Shown one piece after another: positions 41,288 through 50,856 of a stretch of 64,000 bases of DNA. How positions within the stretch are numbered: position 1 is the first letter of the stretch; every line of letters begins with the position of its first letter. Both the position numbers and the translations under genes were made by a program. Under the pieces are notes generated by a model, which ran no database searches, was not told where the DNA came from, and was given only the letters and a program-made list of their open reading frames with translations. The DNA is from an uncultured delta proteobacterium (GTDB taxonomy: Bacteria > Desulfobacterota > RBG-13-43-22). Where the stretch lies: the NCBI GenBank assembly GCA_963711835.1, contig CAVQFQ010000021.1:1-64000 (forward strand). The letters are read 5' to 3'.

Positions 41288-43279
41288 ATGGCAAAGTTAC
41301 TGTTTGAATGGGATTACTCGTCCTACCCGGGGGCCCAACGGTACCCCAACCTTTTCAAGCCGATCCAGATCGGGAATCTGATGATTCCCAACCGGATCAA
41401 GTATGCCGCCACCGAGGACAACTTCAATGACCACAAGGGCTTTGTCACCGATGCCGATGTGGCCTACATGCGGGCCAGGGCCGAAGGCGTCGTCGGCGGT
41501 CTGTGCTTCATGCAGGGGGTGTATATGGATCCGGCCCGCAAGGGCCAGGGCTATGTGGGGCAGGCCGGAGCCTGGGACGACCAATACATCCCCGGCCTGA
41601 AAAGGCTGGCCGATGCCATTCACGGCGAACGGGCCGTGGCCGGCTTTCAGTTGATGGACTGCGGCCGCGTAGGCGCCGTGGAAGTGGAAAGCGGGCATGG
41701 TCCCTCTACCGTCCCCCAACGGCTCCGGGTCTTCAAACCCATGTTTGAGATGACCCATGCCGAAGTAAAGGAGATGATCCAACAACACGTCGAGGCGGCC
41801 ATACGAGGTCTGAAGGCCGGATTCGATATTATCGAGATTTCCGGTATCGTGGGTTATTTGATCTCCAACTTTCTCTCCAGCTATACCAATCGCCGGACCG
41901 ACGAATACGGCGGGGATATCCGCGGCCGGTCTCAGGCCATGATTGAGATCATCCAGGGCGTTAAGGCGGCCGTGGGTCCGGATATCCCGCTGGGCATCCG
42001 CCTTTGCTCCGAAGAACTACTCAATGATGTCCGGGGCAATACACCCGAAGAATCCATGATGACCTATAAGTTCGCCGAAGAAGCCGGGGCCGATTATATC
42101 AGTTGCACCCTGGGCTGGCAGGAATCCATCTTCCCGGTCATCAGCCGCGACATTCCCCAGGGCAACTGGCTCTACCTGGCCAAGCGGGCCAAGGAAAACG
42201 TCAAGATCCCCATCCAGATGGCCTATCGGATTTTCCTCCCCCACTTCCCCGATAGCGCAATAGCCAAAGGAGAACTGGATATTTGGGAGATCTGCCGCTC
42301 TATGATCGCCGATCCCCTGATGCCGAAAAAAGTGGCTGAGGGGCGGGAGGACGAAATCCGCCATTGCGTGGCCTGCAACCTTTGCCTGGCCCGTCTCTTC
42401 CGGGATGCACCCATGACCTGCTACATCAATCCCCTCTGCGCCCATGAACACGATCCGCGCTTTTATCCCCAGCCGGTCAAAGAAGAGGATAAAAAGAAGA
42501 TCATGATCGTCGGGGCCGGTCCTTCCGGACTGGAATGCGCCTATGTGGCGGCCCAGCGGGGCCATGAAGTCCATGTCTATGACAAACGGAACGAGCTGGG
42601 CGGCACCATCCTGGAGGCCTCCAAGGCCCCCTACGGCGACGATGAACTCATGACCTGCATCAACTTTCAAAAAACCCTCTGCAATAAATTCGGGGTCCAG
42701 TTCCACCTGGGAACCGAAGTGACCGATGAAATGATTTCCGACGAACTGCCTGACACCGTGGTCCTGGCTACCGGTCCGATTTATTCCCGCCTTACCGGCA
42801 AGGTAGCTGAGGGGGCCAAAGTGGTCAACATCCTGGATGTCATGGCCGGCAAGGTTGAAGTGGGCGAAAACGTCATCGTTTATGGAAACCGGAAACCGGG
42901 CATCGGCTGCGCCCTTCACCTGTCCAAACAAGGCAAGAAGGTCACCCTGGTCGGCAAAGAAAAGTCAGCCGGCTTTGACGTCAACCCCTCTTTCAAATGG
43001 CGGTATATGATCTACCTCCGGCAACACGGGGTCATGGTCTATAACGACTGCGATCTGGAAGAGGTGAATGCCGGCGAGGTCATTGTCAAAACCTATGACG
43101 GCTACCGATTTCCCTTGAAATGCGACACCATCATCCTTTCCGAACGGCAGGCCAACGAGAGTCTCAAGAAATCCGTCCTGGCGGAGGGGATTGAACATTT
43201 TGTCATCGGAGATGCCTTGGTGCCTCGTAACCTGTCCAGCGCCGTTCATGACGGCTACCGGGTCGGACTCCGGATCTAA
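41288..43279 (+). CDS. Old-yellow-enzyme family FMN/[4Fe-4S]/FAD reductase (dienoyl-CoA or aryl-CoA reductase-like)
   Basis: LFKPIQIG..NRI TIM-barrel start, GYLISNFLS..TNRRTDEYGG, CVACNLC-x11-C cluster, GAGPSG FAD motif; second dinucleotide motif is degenerate (VYGNRKPG). Confidence 0.88.
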   Translation: MAKLLFEWDYSSYPGAQRYPNLFKPIQIGNLMIPNRIKYAATEDNFNDHKGFVTDADVAYMRARAEGVVGGLCFMQGVYMDPARKGQGYVGQAGAWDDQYIPGLKRLADAIHGERAVAGFQLMDCGRVGAVEVESGHGPSTVPQRLRVFKPMFEMTHAEVKEMIQQHVEAAIRGLKAGFDIIEISGIVGYLISNFLSSYTNRRTDEYGGDIRGRSQAMIEIIQGVKAAVGPDIPLGIRLCSEELLNDVRGNTPEESMMTYKFAEEAGADYISCTLGWQESIFPVISRDIPQGNWLYLAKRAKENVKIPIQMAYRIFLPHFPDSAIAKGELDIWEICRSMIADPLMPKKVAEGREDEIRHCVACNLCLARLFRDAPMTCYINPLCAHEHDPRFYPQPVKEEDKKKIMIVGAGPSGLECAYVAAQRGHEVHVYDKRNELGGTILEASKAPYGDDELMTCINFQKTLCNKFGVQFHLGTEVTDEMISDELPDTVVLATGPIYSRLTGKVAEGAKVVNILDVMAGKVEVGENVIVYGNRKPGIGCALHLSKQGKKVTLVGKEKSAGFDVNPSFKWRYMIYLRQHGVMVYNDCDLEEVNAGEVIVKTYDGYRFPLKCDTIILSERQANESLKKSVLAEGIEHFVIGDALVPRNLSSAVHDGYRVGLRI

Positions 43280-43293
43280 GAAGGAGGTGTGCC

Positions 43294-43824
43294 ATGCCAG
43301 TTAATGCGACCAAAGAAATTACGACCTTATGGAGAAATCTCCATGGTGCCCAGGATGAAATCTGCAAAACCTTTTACCGCTGGCGGCAGGCCGCCCTGGA
43401 AGCTGCCGGTCCGGAGGCCAAGCCCCTGGATGTAGCTCTGAAAGCAGCCGAGATCTTCGGCAAGGAAATCGGGAAAAGCTTCCTGCCCCGCCTCAATTGG
43501 CTCAAAGGCAAGGAGGCCTTTATGGGGAGTTTGGCCGGGCTCATAGCCGGTTCTTGGGCCAACGAAGGGGCCGTCACTCAGGTTGAAAAAGGCGAAAAGG
43601 CCAACGAGGTCATCATTAAATGCACCCGGGATCCCTGGCCCAGCTTCGCCAAAGATTACGGCGTTCCCATGGAAGAGGTTGCCCTGACCCGGGAGAAGAT
43701 TCTTCAGACCATCCTGGAAGACGTGAGCGCCTTCTTTTGCATCAAGCTGGGTATTGAAATGCTCAAAGCCATCCCCAGAGGCCACGGCCTTTATATTTTC
43801 AGGCTCTACGAGATCGAAGGGTAA
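43294..43824 (+). CDS. Hypothetical protein, possible V4R/ATC-hydrolase-like fold
   Basis: AAGGAGGT RBS; pattern GKEIG...KCTRDPW...KAIPRGHG.YIFR resembles V4R-type proteins without the usual cysteines. Confidence 0.6.
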   Translation: MPVNATKEITTLWRNLHGAQDEICKTFYRWRQAALEAAGPEAKPLDVALKAAEIFGKEIGKSFLPRLNWLKGKEAFMGSLAGLIAGSWANEGAVTQVEKGEKANEVIIKCTRDPWPSFAKDYGVPMEEVALTREKILQTILEDVSAFFCIKLGIEMLKAIPRGHGLYIFRLYEIEG

Positions 43825-43835
43825 GGAGGTTGAAT

Positions 43836-44042
43836 ATGGCAGCTCAAGTGGATCCCAAAAAATGTACGATGTGCGGGGGGACCATGCAGCCGCTCTGCGT
43901 GGAGGTCTGTCCCGATGCCGCCATCCGGGTGCAGGATGGGCGAGTGGTGGTCACGGAATTCATCTGTGAGGACTGCAATGAATGCGGCTGTGTCTGTCCC
44001 GACCAAGCCATCAAGGTGCCTATGGAAAAGGTGACGTTCTAA
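43836..44042 (+). CDS. 2x[4Fe-4S] ferredoxin
   Basis: CTMC-x7-CVEVCP and CEDCNECGCVCP; AAGGAGGT RBS. Confidence 0.9.
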   Translation: MAAQVDPKKCTMCGGTMQPLCVEVCPDAAIRVQDGRVVVTEFICEDCNECGCVCPDQAIKVPMEKVTF

Positions 44043-44276
44043 CAAGGTGGGTTTGAGATGTCGGATACTGGATAAAAACAAAAAACGATACTGGATGCTG
44101 GATAAAGACCCGTTCTGTATTGGTTTGTTTTCATCCAGTATCCAGTATCGGTATTTTATCCAGAATCGGATGCAAAATCCTTGACCCCTTGAATCCTTTG
44201 ATTGCCCACCCTGGTGCAGGTGATCATCAAATGCCCAGAGAATCCATAAGGGACATAATGCCGGAGGAGAAAAGAA

Positions 44277-44714
44277 ATGAAAGTCAACAAAATGGATCAT
44301 ATCTGTATCGCCGTTAAGAATTTGGATGAGGCTCGAAAGACCTGGGAACCTCTTTTGGGAAAAACAGGTCCTGATGATGCCTATATCGACGAACCGGAAA
44401 AGATCAGGGTAGCCCGTTACTGGGTGGGCGAGATCGGCTTTGAGCTCATGGAATCCACCACCCCGGATGGCGATGTGGCCAAGTTCATCGAAAAACGGGG
44501 CGAAGGGGTCATGCTCATCAGTTTTAACGTGGGCAATACCCGGGAAGCGGTCCAGGAGCTTCAGGGAAAGGGGTTTCCCTTTATTCCCGATCCCAAAGGA
44601 GAAATCGCCCGGCCTTTCCGGGACTGCGAGTTTGCCTTTGTCCATCCAAAAAAATTAAACGGCGTTCTGACCGAACTCATTGATTATAAGTGGGATGAGT
44701 TGAAGGGCAAGTAA
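44277..44714 (+). CDS. VOC-family protein (methylmalonyl-CoA epimerase-like)
   Basis: MDHICIAVKNLD, FELMES, KFIEKRGEG, AFVHPKKLNGVLTELI. Confidence 0.85.
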   Translation: MKVNKMDHICIAVKNLDEARKTWEPLLGKTGPDDAYIDEPEKIRVARYWVGEIGFELMESTTPDGDVAKFIEKRGEGVMLISFNVGNTREAVQELQGKGFPFIPDPKGEIARPFRDCEFAFVHPKKLNGVLTELIDYKWDELKGK

Positions 44715-44737
44715 TAGACAACCTGACATCTTGGTTT

Positions 44738-44878
44738 AAAATTCGAAATTCGATCCGTCGCCGCGGACGAAACAAACTCAAATGATCAAAATCCAAAACT
44801 CGAAAGGTTTTTGTTTGGAACATTTGAATTTAGAAAATTTGGGTTTGTTTCGGATTTCGTGCTTCGGGTTTCGAATTT
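44738..44878. repeat. Gene-less inverted element of (CGAAATT/C) 7-nt units with a GC palindrome inserted in the left arm
   Basis: Right arm TTTGTTTCGGATTTCGTGCTTCG..TTTCGAATTT; an intact solo left arm occurs at ~53497-53560. Confidence 0.75.
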
Positions 44879-44917
44879 AGAGGTTTTTCCTGTTGAACGA
44901 GTCTGGAAAAATAGTCT

Positions 44918-45124
44918 ATGGCCAAACGAAATGTTTTTGAAGTTTACCTGGTCTACGTTGATCCGGATCGCTGCGACGGCTGCGAGGAATGCATCAAATT
45001 CTGCCCGGTGGACGTCTTTGATATGTTCCACAAGGCCATACCGGCCCGGCCTCGACACTGCCTGGGCTGCCGGACCTGCGAGGGAGTCTGCAAGTCGAAG
45101 GCTATAGTGATTACGGAGATTTAA
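44918..45124 (+). CDS. 2x[4Fe-4S] ferredoxin
   Basis: CDGCEECIKFCP and CLGCRTCEGVC. Confidence 0.88.
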   Translation: MAKRNVFEVYLVYVDPDRCDGCEECIKFCPVDVFDMFHKAIPARPRHCLGCRTCEGVCKSKAIVITEI

Positions 45125-45353
45125 AAAGAGGGGTCAAGTAGGAAATAACCTGCCTGATAAACTCCCGGGGAAATATCGTTGAGGTTCATTCCGCCGAAAG
45201 CCGGAATCTAGTACCTTAAGCCATTTTTGGATCGCAGGTTTTGCGGGAGCGGAAACAATTGGCTCGTTATATGAACGTCTGATGTAATTTTTTTCTGGAC
45301 CCTCGAACCCTTGAATCCTTGACCCCTTGAACCCTGGTATTTAGGACTTCGAT

Positions 45354-46712
45354 ATGAGTGATGCTATTCTGGTAATCGGCGGCGGCATTGCCGGCATCAA
45401 TTGCGCCCTGAACGCCGCCAAATACGGCACCAAAGTCTATCTGGTGGATGATACCCCTAGTATCGGGGGCATGATGGCCCGCCTGGACAAGACCTTTCCT
45501 ACCAATGATTGTTCCATCTGCATCGAATCCCCGGAAATGTACGAGGTAAACAATCACCCGCAAATCGAAATCCTGACCAACACCGAGGTTCGCAAGGTCA
45601 ACCGGGTCAATGGAAACTTCAAAGTCAAACTCCAGAAAAAAGCCAAGTTTATCGATGAAGAAAAATGCACCGGCTGTGGAGCCTGCGTCGAGGCCTGCCC
45701 GGTCAGCTTGCCCGACGTCATGGACGGCAAGATCGGAGGTCGGCGAAAACTGATCTCTCTGGCCTTTCCCCAGGCGGTTCCCAATTGCGTTTACCTCGAT
45801 CCGGACTGCCGTCACGGCCGGAAGCGGGACCAGGGTGCCTGTGTCGGAGGCTGCGTAGTAGACTGCAGCCAATGCCGGGAATGCCCCATCGCCCTCTGTG
45901 TCAAGGCCTGTCAAAAAGAAGGGAAAGATGCGATCCGTCTCTGGCAATCCAACAAAAATCTCGATCTGGAAGTAAAAAGCATCGTAGTCGCCGCCGGGAT
46001 CATGGGCGCCCCTCCTCCCCAAGGTCTCTACGGGTATGATCTGTTTCCTAACGTCATCACCAATATTGAGTTCGAGCGTCTGATGAATGCCGGCGGTCCC
46101 ACGGAAGGCCGGATCATCCGGCCTTCCGATCAGAAGCATGCCCAGCGCATCGCCTGGATCCAGTGCGCCGGCCGGGGACTGGTGACCGGTGTGCCCTACT
46201 GCTCCAAAGTCTGCTGCATGATCGCCGCCAAACAGACTATTATCACCAAGGAACATGACCCGTCGGTGGAAACCACCATCTTTTATAATGACTTGAAAGC
46301 CTATGGGAAAGGCTTTTGGGGTTTTTACCGCAAGGCCCTGGAGAGCGGGGTCCGTTATGTGCGGGCCCGGCCGCATGATGTCTGCGAAGATCCGGAAACA
46401 GCCAATCTGATTCTTCGCTTCGAGGATCTTGAAAGCGGAGATATCCGGACTCAGGAATGTGACCTTTTGGTCCTGTCCACCGGGTTGATCCCCAGCGACC
46501 GCAACGAAAAGCTGGCCAAGGTTCTCGGAATCGAGCTGGATAAATTGGGATACTTTAAAGAGGAAAACCCTCTTAGAGACCCGCTGGCCACCCGGATCGA
46601 AGGCATCTATGTCTGCGGCGGGGCAACCGGCCCCATAGACATTTCCGAATCAGTGGTCCAAGCCACGGCCGCCAGTATGAAAGCGGTATTAAGAAGACAA
46701 GATACTGGATAA
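45354..46712 (+). CDS. hdrA: HdrA-like flavoprotein (QmoA-sized)
   Basis: GGGIAG, LDKTFPTNDCSIC, ferredoxin insertion, EFERLMNAGGPT, CAGR...YCSKVCC, GPIDISESV. Confidence 0.88.
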   Translation: MSDAILVIGGGIAGINCALNAAKYGTKVYLVDDTPSIGGMMARLDKTFPTNDCSICIESPEMYEVNNHPQIEILTNTEVRKVNRVNGNFKVKLQKKAKFIDEEKCTGCGACVEACPVSLPDVMDGKIGGRRKLISLAFPQAVPNCVYLDPDCRHGRKRDQGACVGGCVVDCSQCRECPIALCVKACQKEGKDAIRLWQSNKNLDLEVKSIVVAAGIMGAPPPQGLYGYDLFPNVITNIEFERLMNAGGPTEGRIIRPSDQKHAQRIAWIQCAGRGLVTGVPYCSKVCCMIAAKQTIITKEHDPSVETTIFYNDLKAYGKGFWGFYRKALESGVRYVRARPHDVCEDPETANLILRFEDLESGDIRTQECDLLVLSTGLIPSDRNEKLAKVLGIELDKLGYFKEENPLRDPLATRIEGIYVCGGATGPIDISESVVQATAASMKAVLRRQDTG

Positions 46713-46827
46713 AGACAAAAAACGATACTGGATGCTGGATAACTTCTAATACGCTATTTTGGGATTCTCATCCAGTATCCAGTATCCGGCATCCAGTATC
46801 GTTTTTTTATCCGGAAAAGGTTTCCAA

Positions 46828-48888
46828 ATGAACGAAGAAATCAGGGTCGGTGTTTTTATCTGTGACTGCGGATCCAATATCGCCGGGGTGGTTAATGTCC
46901 CCGAACTGGTGGAGTACGCCAAAGGGCTTGACCGGGTCGTCTTGGCCGATGAAGGCCGATGGTCCTGTTCGGTGGACTACCTGGCCCGCTTACAGGATTC
47001 CATCAAGGAGCACAACCTCAACCGGGTGGTGATCGCCTCCTGTACCCCGCGCACCCATGAACCCTTATTTAAACAAACGGTCAAAGAAGCCGGGCTTAAT
47101 CCCTATCTCCTGGAATTCGTCAGCATCCGCGAGCAGGTTTCCTGGGTCCACATGAAAGAGCCGCAGAAAGCCACCGATAAGGCCAAGGACCTGGTCCGTA
47201 TGGGTGTGGCCAAGGCCGTCCTCCTGGAAGAAGGGGAAGAGATCCGCCTGCCGGTCGGCAGCGACTGTCTGATCATCGGGGGCGGGATGGCCGGCATGAC
47301 TGCGGCCTTGCAAATCGCCGACCAGGGCTTTCAGGCCATCCTGGTGGAAAAAGAAGCCCGTCTGGGCGGACTGCTCAACAAAATATCCCACATCTCCCAT
47401 GACCACTACAACCTGCCGGCTGAGGAAATCCTTCAGGAGATGATCGCCCGGGTGCAGGCCCATCCCCGTATAAAAATATTTTCCAATGCCGAAATTGAGA
47501 GCTTGGAGGGGTATATCGGGAACTACCGCCTGGTCCTGAAGGCTGACGGCAACCAGGTGAATTTCCCGATTTCCACCGTGATCGTGGCCACCGGCATGAA
47601 GGAGCTTGAACCGATTGGCTTGTTTGAATACGGCCGCGATCCGAAGGTCATCACCCAGCTTCAACTGGAAGAACGATTGAAAGCCGGCGGTTTGGGACCA
47701 ATCAAAGATGTAGTCATGATCAACTGCGTCAATTCCAAAAACGATACCCGGGGCTGTTGTAATGTAGGTTGTCCCATTTCAATAAAAAATGCCCTGGTCC
47801 TTAAGTCCCTCTTTCCCGAGGCCCGCATTCATATTCTTTACCGCGACCTGAGTCTGGTGAAAGAGGAGCATTTCCCTTTGGATGCCGCCAAAGGGGCCGG
47901 CATCAAGTTTATCCGGTTTCCGGACAGCCGCTATCCTGAAGTAAATCAGGTCCATGGGGGGCTGCAGATAAAGGTCTATGATATCTTATTAGGCCGAGAA
48001 CTCTCCCTTCCCTGCGATTTATTGGTTCTGACTACGGCCTTTACCGGTGACGATACGGTGGAAAAGGTCAAAGGACTCCTGAAGGTCTCCAGTAATGCCG
48101 AAGGGTTCTTTCAGGAAAGACATATCAAACTCGGGCCCTTGGATTTTCCGGCCGACGGCATCGCTCTGTGCGGCTGTGCCAAGAATCCCAAAAGCCTCAA
48201 GGAGACCTGTGAAGAAGGCTTAGGGGCGGCCATGCGGGTCTCCATCCCCATGAACAGGGGTTTTATTGAAGCCGAAGGAATCGTAGCCGAAATAGACCCC
48301 TCCCTCTGCAACAACTGCGGCATCTGCTGGAAGCGTTGCCCCTACACGGCCATCAAGGTGACCGAAGCCAAGGAACCGCTGGTCATCAAGGCCCTCTGCA
48401 AAGGCTGCGGCTTGTGCGCCGCCGACTGCCCGAAGGAGTGTATCACTATCGTTCATTATACCGATGCCCAGCTCCAGGCCCAAGTGGAAGCGGCTTTGGC
48501 CGAAAACCCAGGAGAAAAAATCCTGGGTTTTGTCTGCCACTGGTGCGCGCTGGGCGGTGTGGACATGGCCGGTGTCAGCCGCCTCCAATACCCGACTCAT
48601 GCCCGATTGATCCGAGTCATGTGTTCGGCTCGGGTGCCCATCAAGCTGATCGAACGGGCCTTTGAACTGAAGGCCGGCGGCGTACTGGTGGCCGGATGCG
48701 AATTCCCCACCTGTCACTATATTTCCGGCAATTACGCCTGCGAAACACGGGTGAAACGGGCCAAAGGCAAGCTGGCTAAAAAAGGCTACGACCCGGATAA
48801 GCTCTGGAACGTCTGGTGTTCGGCCGCCGACGGCCCCAAGTTCGCCAACACCATGCGGGTAATGTCCAAGCAGTTAGGCCTAACATAA
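46828..48888 (+). CDS. hdrA: HdrA-MvhD fusion (QmoB-like architecture)
   Basis: FICDCGSNI...CTPRTHE...IREQVSW N-domain, GGGMAG, two CxxCxxCxxxCP, C-terminal MvhD motifs GFVCHWC, RVMCSAR, GCEFPTCHY. Confidence 0.88.
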   Translation: MNEEIRVGVFICDCGSNIAGVVNVPELVEYAKGLDRVVLADEGRWSCSVDYLARLQDSIKEHNLNRVVIASCTPRTHEPLFKQTVKEAGLNPYLLEFVSIREQVSWVHMKEPQKATDKAKDLVRMGVAKAVLLEEGEEIRLPVGSDCLIIGGGMAGMTAALQIADQGFQAILVEKEARLGGLLNKISHISHDHYNLPAEEILQEMIARVQAHPRIKIFSNAEIESLEGYIGNYRLVLKADGNQVNFPISTVIVATGMKELEPIGLFEYGRDPKVITQLQLEERLKAGGLGPIKDVVMINCVNSKNDTRGCCNVGCPISIKNALVLKSLFPEARIHILYRDLSLVKEEHFPLDAAKGAGIKFIRFPDSRYPEVNQVHGGLQIKVYDILLGRELSLPCDLLVLTTAFTGDDTVEKVKGLLKVSSNAEGFFQERHIKLGPLDFPADGIALCGCAKNPKSLKETCEEGLGAAMRVSIPMNRGFIEAEGIVAEIDPSLCNNCGICWKRCPYTAIKVTEAKEPLVIKALCKGCGLCAADCPKECITIVHYTDAQLQAQVEAALAENPGEKILGFVCHWCALGGVDMAGVSRLQYPTHARLIRVMCSARVPIKLIERAFELKAGGVLVAGCEFPTCHYISGNYACETRVKRAKGKLAKKGYDPDKLWNVWCSAADGPKFANTMRVMSKQLGLT

Positions 48889-48911
48889 AGCTTTTTTATG
48901 CAATTTTTCTT

Positions 48912-49100
48912 TTCGCCACAGACGGACGCAGACCTTCAAATTGGATCTGGGGCGGTCCGTTATAAACCAAAACGGACCACCCCAGTCTTGCCAGCCCTTT
49001 CGGGCACAAATTCGGCTTTAGCCCGGACAGGATTTTACCGGCCTTAGTCGGCCGGAAAAATATCCCGTCTGCCTTTGTCCGTGTGGGTCTGTGGCAAAAA
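48912..49100. repeat. Gene-less inverted element
   Basis: GCCACAGACGGACGCAGAC ... GTCTGCCTTTGTCCGTGTGGGTCTGTGGC arms. Confidence 0.7.
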
Positions 49101-49116
49101 AATTGAGGTGTTCTTA

Positions 49117-50838
49117 ATGCCAATGGCTGTAAAAATCGACGGCGTCAACATGTTCCGCACCTGCGAGCAGTGCGGCTATTGCAGCTCGGCCTGCCCGGTT
49201 TCCGGGGTCAACGGTTTTAATATCCGGCGTATCCTCAGGCATGCCGAATTGGATATACTCGATGAATTGGCGCCAACGCCGCTGCCCTGGACCTGCACCA
49301 CCTGCGGACGATGCGAAGGAGTCTGTCCCAACGGCATCGCCATACTGGACATCATCCGTCCCCTTCGTTCCCTGTCCCCTCCGGAGTTTGTTCCAGACGG
49401 TCCGCCCTGCACCCTGGCCTGCCCGGCCGGAATCGATGTACCGGGGTATGTGCGGCTGATTGCCCAAGGAAAGCCCGAGGAAGCCTATGCCCTGATCCTC
49501 GGCAAAGTACCCTTTCCGGGAATCCTGGGCAGGGTCTGCACCCATCCCTGCGAAACCTCCTGCCGGAGAAGGGAAGTGAATCAGCCGATCGCCATCTGCG
49601 CCTTGAAGCGTTTTGCTGCGGATAAAGGAGGCCAAACCCCGGCGAGTTGGCTGACGATTTCTCCCGATACGGGCCGCCGAGTAGCGGTCATCGGCGCCGG
49701 TCCGGCCGGATTGACAGCCGCTTTTTATCTGCGTCGGAAGGGCCACTGGGTCAGCCTGTTCGAAGAAAAACCCAAACCGGGGGGCATGATGCGCTACGGC
49801 ATCCCGGCCTATCGGCTGCCTGAAGATATTTTGGAAAATGAGATCAATCGGGTTTTGTCGGCCGGAATAGAGCTGAAAACCAATCAAGCCTTGGGCCGGG
49901 ACTTCACTTTGGGGCAGTTACAGGCGGATGGATTTGAGGCGGTCTTCCTATCCCTGGGTCTTTCTTCGAGCCGAAAAATCGAGTTGGAGGGGGTCGCCCT
50001 GGACGGAGTCCTCTGGGGGGTGGACTTTCTTAAAGCCGTAAAAGAAGGACAAGCCCCGGACCTGAAGGAGAAAGTCATGGTCATCGGCGGCGGCAATGTG
50101 GCCGTGGATGTGGCCCTGACCGCCCTTCGGCTGGGGGCCAAGGAAGTAACCCTGGCCTGTCTGGAGAAGCGAGAGGAGATGCCGGCCAACCCCTGGGAGA
50201 TCGAAATGGCCCTGGAAGAAGGGGTCAAGATCATGGCTGCCTGGGGGCCCCATAAGATTTTAGGGGATACCGGTCAGGTCAGCGGCATCGAATTGATCCA
50301 ATGCACTTCGGTCTTTGACGCCCAGGGGTATTTCTGCCCCCGGTTCGGGGAGGCCAGAGAATCGCTGCCAATGGATCAGGTCATCCTGGCTGTCGGCCAG
50401 ACAACCGACTTATCCTTTGTTCCGGGAGACCTGTCTCTGGGAATGGAAAAGGGGCTGATCGTTATTGACCCTGAAATCCTTCAAACCAATCTGTCCGGTG
50501 TCTTTGCCGGCGGTGACATCGTCAAAGGACCAGGCACCATCATCGAAGCCATCGCTTCGGGCCGGAAAGCCGCCTCTTCCATCGATCGATTTCTGGGAGG
50601 CGACGGCAATATCGAAGAATCTTTCACCTGGAATCAGGAGTCTGTTGACTATTCCGGTAAAAGGGAACAAGGTTTTGCCGATCAGCGGCGGGAAGAGAAC
50701 CCTGTATTGCCCGTGTCGGAGAGGACCCCCGGCTTTCCCGAAGTGGACCTGCCTTTCACCGACGAACAGGCCTTGAGAGAAGCCGCCCGCTGTCTCCAGT
50801 GCGACTTGGAAATCCGCCTGGCCCTGGCAGAGGGCTAA
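49117..50838 (+). CDS. HdrC-like ferredoxin domain fused to a GltD/NfnB-like NAD(P)H oxidoreductase
   Basis: CEQCGYCSSACP and CTTCGRCEGVCP, then CPAGIDV, GRVCTHPCE, GAGPAG, GGGNVA, FAGGD, EAARCLQCD. Confidence 0.88.
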   Translation: MPMAVKIDGVNMFRTCEQCGYCSSACPVSGVNGFNIRRILRHAELDILDELAPTPLPWTCTTCGRCEGVCPNGIAILDIIRPLRSLSPPEFVPDGPPCTLACPAGIDVPGYVRLIAQGKPEEAYALILGKVPFPGILGRVCTHPCETSCRRREVNQPIAICALKRFAADKGGQTPASWLTISPDTGRRVAVIGAGPAGLTAAFYLRRKGHWVSLFEEKPKPGGMMRYGIPAYRLPEDILENEINRVLSAGIELKTNQALGRDFTLGQLQADGFEAVFLSLGLSSSRKIELEGVALDGVLWGVDFLKAVKEGQAPDLKEKVMVIGGGNVAVDVALTALRLGAKEVTLACLEKREEMPANPWEIEMALEEGVKIMAAWGPHKILGDTGQVSGIELIQCTSVFDAQGYFCPRFGEARESLPMDQVILAVGQTTDLSFVPGDLSLGMEKGLIVIDPEILQTNLSGVFAGGDIVKGPGTIIEAIASGRKAASSIDRFLGGDGNIEESFTWNQESVDYSGKREQGFADQRREENPVLPVSERTPGFPEVDLPFTDEQALREAARCLQCDLEIRLALAEG

Positions 50839-50856
50839 GTCCTCAAGAGGGTGCCG

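Noticed and set aside
45354-48888. Selenocysteine in HdrA or the MvhD domain
   Set aside because: Both reading frames are continuous with Cys codons; no in-frame TGA.
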